The notes under the pieces: model-generated
The model's database searches: none
What the model was told of the DNA's origin: nothing
What the model saw: the letters and a program-made list of their open reading frames with translations, nothing else
In this document: piece after piece, positions 27,162 through 32,000 of the stretch
Position numbering within the stretch: position 1 is the stretch's first letter
Layout: each line of letters begins with the position of its first letter
Program-made: the position numbers and the translations under genes
NCBI RefSeq assembly: GCF_000020025.1
Contig: NC_010628.1
Span: forward strand, 6,600,001 to 6,632,000
Source: Nostoc punctiforme PCC 73102
GTDB taxonomy: Bacteria > Cyanobacteriota > Cyanobacteriia > Cyanobacteriales > Nostocaceae
DNA: 32,000 nt
Direction: 5' to 3'

Positions 27162-30100
27162 ATGCCCCTAAAGTATGTTCTGATTGTCCCCTTTATATTG
27201 CAAATTTGCGGGGCAGTGGCACTTGTGGGCTATCTTTCGTATCAAAACGGACAAAAGGCGGTAAGAGAGCTTGCTAGTCAATTAGAAAATGAAATCTGCG
27301 ATCGCATTGAACAGCATCTTAATAACTATTTAACAACTCCGAAGCAAATAAATCAAATTAACTTAGATGCGGTTGAGCTAGGGATGCTCAACCTGTCTGA
27401 CTTTAAAACTACCGGAAATTACTTTTGGAAACAAATGCAGGTTTTCAATGTTGGCTACAACAGCTTTGCCAACCCCAAAGGGGAATTTATCGGTATTGAA
27501 CGTTTAGATAATGGCAAGCTGTTGGTTAATGAAGTTAGTCAGCAGCATGGTATTGGGAAACTTTATATTTATGATTCAGACTTGAAGGGAAATCGTCGTC
27601 AGCTTCAGCAAGTTAAAGATTACGATCCTCGTGTAGAAGCGTGGTATGCAGATGCAGTCAAGGCAGGCAAACCAGTTTGGAGTCAAATTTATCAATGGGA
27701 AGATAAACCAGAAGTTTTATCTATATCTTCCAGCTATCCTGTTTACAATAAAAATCATCAGCTTATTGGGGTGATTAGTGTTGATTTAATCTTGTCACAA
27801 ATCAGCAACTTTTTAACGAAATTAAACACCGAACAATCGGGTAAAACTTTTATTTTAGAGCGTTCTGGGTTAATAGTGGCTTCTTCTACCGAACCACCAT
27901 ATACCATCATTAATGGTCAAATAAAACGTCGCTCGGCATTAGAAAGTCGAAACTCTTTAATTAGGCTCACAACCCAGTCTTTGATCGAACGCTTTGGCAG
28001 TCTTGGGTTTGTTGTGGGGAAGCAACAGCTAATTTTTAGCGCCGATGGAATGCGTTATTTTGTACAAGTAAAAAGTTGGAAGGATGAACTGGGTTTAGAT
28101 TGGCTAATCGTGGCGGTGATTCCTGAAGGCGAATTTATGGAGCAAATTAATGAGAACACTCGCATTACCGTTTTGCTGTGCATAGTTGCTTTTTTAGTAG
28201 CTACAAGAATCGGGATTTTAACTGCTCGCTGGGTAATTAAGCCGATTTTACAATTAAACACATCAGCGAAGAAAATTGCTCAAGGTGAATGGGAGCAAAC
28301 CCCAGAAATTCAGCGCTCCGATGAATTGGGGGAACTAGCCGAGTCATTTGAAACTATGGCAAAGCAACTGCAAGCATCCTTCAGTGTTTTGGAGGCAAAG
28401 AATGCTCAAATGCAAGTTTTAAATGAAGCTTTATCTGAAAGTCAGAGTCGGCTAACTCAATTTTTAGAAGCTATGCCAGTGGGTGTATTTATTATAGATG
28501 CTGAAGGTAAACCTTATTACATAAATCATATTGGGCAGCAAATTCTTGATCGAGGAGCGATGTCTAAGGACAAGCCCTTCTCTACGAGAGGCTGCGCCAA
28601 CGGGTTCGGGGGGTCGCAAGACGCTCGAGGACTCGCTAACGCTACGCTAACGACGGGAACCGCCAAGACTGCGACCCCCTCACCGCTACGCGTCTACGCA
28701 GAAGTGAGCGGCGAACAATTGTCAGAGGTATATCAAGCTTACCTTGCCGGCACAGATCGACTTTACCCCAGCGATCGCCTACCAATTTTGAGAGCATTGC
28801 TTGGGGAAAGTACCAGGATTGATGATATGGAAGTTCGCCATATTGACAAGATTATTCCCATTGAAGTTTTGGGCAAGCCCATCTATGATGAATCGGGAAA
28901 TTTGACTTTTGCGATGGCTACCTTTTTTGATATCACCCAACGCAAACAAGCAGAAAACTTATTAGCAGAATATAATCGCACCTTAGAAGCTCAAGTCAAA
29001 AAACGTACTGAAGAGTTCCAGCAAGTGATTGAGCAACTGCAAGCCACCCAAGAAGAACTAATTCAATCACAAAAAATCGCTGCCCAAGAACAGCAAGCAG
29101 CCGTTCGCGAAGCAGCGCGAAGCGCCGCCGCCAACCTCGCCAAAAGCGAATTCCTTGCGAACATGAGCCACGAACTGCGTACTCCACTCAACGCCATTCT
29201 TGGTTTCACCCAAGTTATGAGCCAAGATTATTCGCTATCTAGCGAACATCAAGAAAATTTGGCAATTATTAATCGTGCTGGCGAACATCTACTTAACTTA
29301 ATTAACGACATTCTAGAAATGTCTAAAATCGAAGCTGGGAGAATCACATTAAATCGCAGTAGCTTTGACTTAATTCATCTATTGAATAACTTAGAAGAGA
29401 TGCTGTATTTGCGTGCTGCATCTAAAAGCTTACAACTAGTATTTGAGTATGCACACGACATTCCTCAGTACATAGAAACCGATGAAAATAAACTATTTCA
29501 AGTCTTGCTCAACCTCTTGGGGAATGCCATCAAATTTACTGATATTGGCGGAGTAACTCTACGGCTGAGATGGGAGCAGGAAGAGGAAAATCTTTCTTAT
29601 AACCCTCGCCTCTTTTTCGAGGTACAAGACACTGGTTGCGGTATTACTCCACAAGAAATTGGCTTGCTGTTTGAGGCTTTTGAGCAAACCGAAATCGGTA
29701 GAAAATCTCAACAGGGAACAGGACTAGGTTTAGCAATTAGCCGTAAATACGTGCAACTGATGGGGGGAGACATTACAGTCAGCAGTACTCCTGGTATGGG
29801 TAGTACATTTGCCTTTGATATTCAAATTGGTTTAGCTTGTCCGAGGGAAATGCCGATAAACCAAATTAAATCTCAAATTCTATCTTTAGCGCCGACTGAA
29901 AAAGCATACCGCATCTTAGTGGTTGATGATGCTAAAGAAAGCCGTTTACTGCTAGTTAAAATTCTGACATCTCTGGGCTTTGAAGTCAGGGAAGCTACAG
30001 ATGGTGTGGAAGCAGTTAGTAATTGGGAATCTTGGCAACCACACTTAATTTTTATGGATATGCGAATGCCGATCATGGACGGCTACGAAGCTACAAGAAT

Positions 30101-30806
30101 AATTAAAGGTAAACAAGTAGGGTATGAGACAGCCAATAGATTGCGGAGGTTCCCAAAATTTAAACAACTGACATCATCGGGGAGTCAGTACTTTAACGGT
30201 GGGTTAAGCAATTCAGGTGACTATGAGGTTCTCAAAACTGTATACAAAGCCTCTCCCACGCCAGAAGTAGCTGGTGTCATGGAACACAATCGTGATGCTT
30301 CTGGTGCGGCTATTTTGCGATCGCCAAAAGCCCTAGCTCCCTGTTTCGACTTGCTGGAGACGGGGCAGGGTTGTTTGAATAAACACACGATCGTTATTGC
30401 CCTAACTGCTAGCGCCTTTGAAGAAGAACGTCAGAAAATTTTATCTATTGGCTGTGATGATTTTATTCGCAAGCCATTCACACAGGAAGTATTATTGGAA
30501 AAACTGAGCCAACATCTGGGTGTAAAGTATACCAATCAAGTAGAAAAGCCAAATACAGCAGTTGCCGAGCAAGCTACACAGATATTTGTCAGTTTTGCTG
30601 AACTCCTGAGTCATTTATCACAAATGTCACCTGAGTGGCTGCAAAAGATCCACTATGCCGCAGCCAGCTGTAGCGATGAACTGATTTTAGAGTTAATCAA
30701 GCAAATTTCCTCAGATAATGTTCAGGTATCGCAAGTTCTCAGGGATTTAGCAAATAACTACCAGTTTGAGAAAATTATGGAATTGACTAGAACGAACGTA
30801 GAATGA
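27162..30806 (+). CDS. Hybrid sensor histidine kinase: TM, Cache-like periplasmic domain, TM, HAMP, PAS, HisKA, HATPase, REC, C-terminal helical domain
   Basis: It has the H-box FLANMSHELRTPLN, N/G boxes LLNLLGNAIKFT, QDTGCGI and GTGLGLAIS, and the receiver ILVVDDAKESR...IFMDMRMPIMDG...IALTA...KP. The Cache-like region contains PRVEAWYADAVKAGKPVWSQIY. I prefer the start at MPLKYVLIVPFILQ (27162); the track's longest ORF starts at 27099. Confidence 0.9.
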   Translation: MPLKYVLIVPFILQICGAVALVGYLSYQNGQKAVRELASQLENEICDRIEQHLNNYLTTPKQINQINLDAVELGMLNLSDFKTTGNYFWKQMQVFNVGYNSFANPKGEFIGIERLDNGKLLVNEVSQQHGIGKLYIYDSDLKGNRRQLQQVKDYDPRVEAWYADAVKAGKPVWSQIYQWEDKPEVLSISSSYPVYNKNHQLIGVISVDLILSQISNFLTKLNTEQSGKTFILERSGLIVASSTEPPYTIINGQIKRRSALESRNSLIRLTTQSLIERFGSLGFVVGKQQLIFSADGMRYFVQVKSWKDELGLDWLIVAVIPEGEFMEQINENTRITVLLCIVAFLVATRIGILTARWVIKPILQLNTSAKKIAQGEWEQTPEIQRSDELGELAESFETMAKQLQASFSVLEAKNAQMQVLNEALSESQSRLTQFLEAMPVGVFIIDAEGKPYYINHIGQQILDRGAMSKDKPFSTRGCANGFGGSQDARGLANATLTTGTAKTATPSPLRVYAEVSGEQLSEVYQAYLAGTDRLYPSDRLPILRALLGESTRIDDMEVRHIDKIIPIEVLGKPIYDESGNLTFAMATFFDITQRKQAENLLAEYNRTLEAQVKKRTEEFQQVIEQLQATQEELIQSQKIAAQEQQAAVREAARSAAANLAKSEFLANMSHELRTPLNAILGFTQVMSQDYSLSSEHQENLAIINRAGEHLLNLINDILEMSKIEAGRITLNRSSFDLIHLLNNLEEMLYLRAASKSLQLVFEYAHDIPQYIETDENKLFQVLLNLLGNAIKFTDIGGVTLRLRWEQEEENLSYNPRLFFEVQDTGCGITPQEIGLLFEAFEQTEIGRKSQQGTGLGLAISRKYVQLMGGDITVSSTPGMGSTFAFDIQIGLACPREMPINQIKSQILSLAPTEKAYRILVVDDAKESRLLLVKILTSLGFEVREATDGVEAVSNWESWQPHLIFMDMRMPIMDGYEATRIIKGKQVGYETANRLRRFPKFKQLTSSGSQYFNGGLSNSGDYEVLKTVYKASPTPEVAGVMEHNRDASGAAILRSPKALAPCFDLLETGQGCLNKHTIVIALTASAFEEERQKILSIGCDDFIRKPFTQEVLLEKLSQHLGVKYTNQVEKPNTAVAEQATQIFVSFAELLSHLSQMSPEWLQKIHYAAASCSDELILELIKQISSDNVQVSQVLRDLANNYQFEKIMELTRTNVE
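28557..28712. repeat. GC-rich insertion of about 156 bp, in frame, inside the PAS-coding region. It resembles a cyanobacterial small dispersed repeat or MITE.
   Basis: My hand count gives about 63% G+C over 28561-28700, against about 38% in the preceding 60 nt. It has an internal 10-bp inverted repeat GGGGGTCGCA (28609-28618) / TGCGACCCCC (28670-28679). CTACG-rich motifs (CTACGAGAGGCTGCGCCAACG, CGCTAACGCTACGCTAACG) resemble fragments at 14275-14320, 17726-17764 and 26886-26900. The boundaries are approximate. Confidence 0.55.
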
Positions 30807-32000
30807 ATTACGAGCATTTAGACCCTAATAAAAAAGATATTTTGATCGTTGACGATATGGCGGACAACCTGCGGGTTTTATCCTCAATATTGGCAAGGGA
30901 AGGGTATAACGTTCGTAAAGCCTTGAACTGGCAAATGGCACTGACAGCAACTCAAACAGTATTGCCGGATCTGATTTTGCTCGATATTATGATGCCAGAA
31001 GTAGATGGCTATGAAATTTGTCAGGCATTTAAAGCTTGGGAGCTAACAGCCGATATTCCGGTGATTTTTATTAGCGCTTTAGATGATGTTTTTGACAAAG
31101 TTAAAGCCTTTAGGGTAGGTGGTGTAGACTACATCACCAAACCTTTTGAGTTTCAAGAAGTTTTAGTGCGTGTAAAAAATCAACTGGCATTGAGGTCAGC
31201 GCGATTAGAAATATTGAAACTAAATGTGGAACTGGAACATCGGGTAACACAGCGAACCGAGGAGCTAGAAAAAGCTCTCCAAAAACTTCAAAAAGAAATC
31301 AATTCCCGCCAAAAACTACAAAGTAAACTATTAGATATAGCGCTGCATGATTCGCTGACTGGATTACCAAATCGAGTGTTGTTTATGAGAAGACTAGACA
31401 ATGCTCTAAATCGAGCAAAACAAGAATCTAGTTATCAGTTTGCAGTACTTTTTTTAGACTGCGATCGCTTCAAAGTTGTCAACGATTCTCTTGGTCATCT
31501 GGTGGGAGATGAATTGCTGATTTCTATCGCTCGTCGCCTGCAAGCGTGTCTCATACCTATTGATACTCTAGCACGATTGGGTGGTGATGAATTTGGAATT
31601 CTCTTAGAAAAGATTACGGATATCAATATAGCAATCCAAGTTGCCGATAGGATTCTGCAACAGCTATCACTTGCTTTTAAACTATCAAGATATGAAGTCT
31701 TTATGAATGCCAGTATTGGCATTAGTTGGGGCAATAAAGATTACGATCGCCCAGAGTATTTGCTGCGGGATGCTGATACGGCAATGTATCGGGCTAAGGC
31801 TCAAGGAAGAGCTAAATATCATGTTTTCAATCCAGCGATGCATCAGGAAGCTATTCAGCTTTTAGAATTAGAGAATGATCTCCGAAGGGCTGTTGAAAGG
31901 CAAGAATTCCTCGTTTATTATCAGCCAATTGTTTCTTTAATTACAGGTAAAATTTCTGGATTTGAAGCATTGGTGCGCTGGCAACATCCAACTCGTGGTC
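30803..32000 (+). CDS. Response regulator with REC-GGDEF-EAL architecture. The 3' end lies outside the window.
   Basis: It is not in the track because it runs off the right edge. My hand translation from the ATG overlapping the kinase stop (ATGA) gives ILIVDDMADNLRV...ILLDIMMPEVDGYEIC...YITKPF, then LTGLPNR...FLDCDRFKVVNDSLGH...RLGGDEFGILL, then the start of an EAL domain (EFLVYYQPIVSL...FEALVRWQHP). Confidence 0.85.
   Translation, partial: MNYEHLDPNKKDILIVDDMADNLRVLSSILAREGYNVRKALNWQMALTATQTVLPDLILLDIMMPEVDGYEICQAFKAWELTADIPVIFISALDDVFDKVKAFRVGGVDYITKPFEFQEVLVRVKNQLALRSARLEILKLNVELEHRVTQRTEELEKALQKLQKEINSRQKLQSKLLDIALHDSLTGLPNRVLFMRRLDNALNRAKQESSYQFAVLFLDCDRFKVVNDSLGHLVGDELLISIARRLQACLIPIDTLARLGGDEFGILLEKITDINIAIQVADRILQQLSLAFKLSRYEVFMNASIGISWGNKDYDRPEYLLRDADTAMYRAKAQGRAKYHVFNPAMHQEAIQLLELENDLRRAVERQEFLVYYQPIVSLITGKISGFEALVRWQHPTRG

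Noticed and set aside
29085-29150. GC-rich patch in the kinase gene as a third repeat insertion
   Set aside because: It encodes the conserved coiled-coil and H-box lead-in (AAREAARSAAANLAKSEFLANMSHELRTPLN) expected in HisKA domains, so it is native coding sequence.
245-31734. Many 60-136-aa track ORFs lie antisense to, or out of frame within, larger genes: 245..430, 2793..2984, 5210..5422, 6997..7230, 7438..7659, 8368..8565, 9264..9467, 9627..9809, 10706..10987, 12427..12618, 14831..15061, 16915..17097, 17069..17260, 18173..18436, 18600..18788, 19031..19225, 19194..19403, 21838..22020, 23723..24133, 28055..28261, 28996..29187, 29873..30076 and 31495..31734.
   Set aside because: Each is fully or largely embedded in a longer ORF that has clear family motifs. 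Their translations are low-complexity or biased in composition and carry no recognisable motifs. I treat them as shadow ORFs.
1-32000. Looked for CRISPR arrays, rRNA or tRNA genes, reverse transcriptase or retron-like units and integrase genes
   Set aside because: I saw no regularly spaced direct repeats of 25-40 bp, no rRNA or tRNA signatures, and no RT or tyrosine/serine recombinase motifs in any listed ORF. Scanning by eye cannot exclude small structured RNAs.

Overview
The window looks like chromosome from a filamentous (Nostocales-like) cyanobacterium. This is an inference from several HIP1 palindromes (GCGATCGC, e.g. 592-599, 13857-13864, 16245-16252, 16358-16365), a heptamer STRR-type repeat, CTACGC-type dispersed repeat fragments and the gene content. 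It splits into an accessory left half and a mostly core right half. (1) Bases 1 to about 7040, minus strand, hold the transposition module of a Tn7-like element: tnsA, tnsB, tnsC and two tandem TniQ-family paralogs. The element runs off the left edge. tnsB carries an in-frame TAA and the first tniQ a 1-nt frameshift, so the module looks decayed unless these are sequence errors. (2) Bases 7.1-10.3 kb hold genes I cannot assign to a known system: a ribbon-helix-helix protein whose C-terminal half is about 20% G+C; a minus-strand trio of two translationally coupled small proteins (one HTH) plus a 435-aa helical protein with a possible PD-(D/E)xK core; and a divergent XRE/controller-like regulator. 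(3) Bases 10.6-17.6 kb hold a complete type I restriction-modification locus, hsdM-hsdS-hsdR, with a degraded antisense PIN-toxin remnant between hsdS and hsdR. (4) From 17.9 kb come core genes: ruvC, a YvcK/CofD-family gene, tsaE, a patatin-like phospholipase in an AT-rich islet, pyrC, lepB plus a degenerate tandem copy, a MOSC gene, a large Cache-HAMP-PAS hybrid histidine kinase with two in-frame insertions, and a partial REC-GGDEF-EAL gene. I saw no rRNA, tRNA or CRISPR array. The best candidates for something new are the uncharacterised trio at 7950-9969, which sits between the transposon and the R-M system, and the dual-TniQ Tn7-like element, whose unseen left flank could decide whether it is CRISPR-associated. 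All homology calls come from motif recognition by eye, with no database search.
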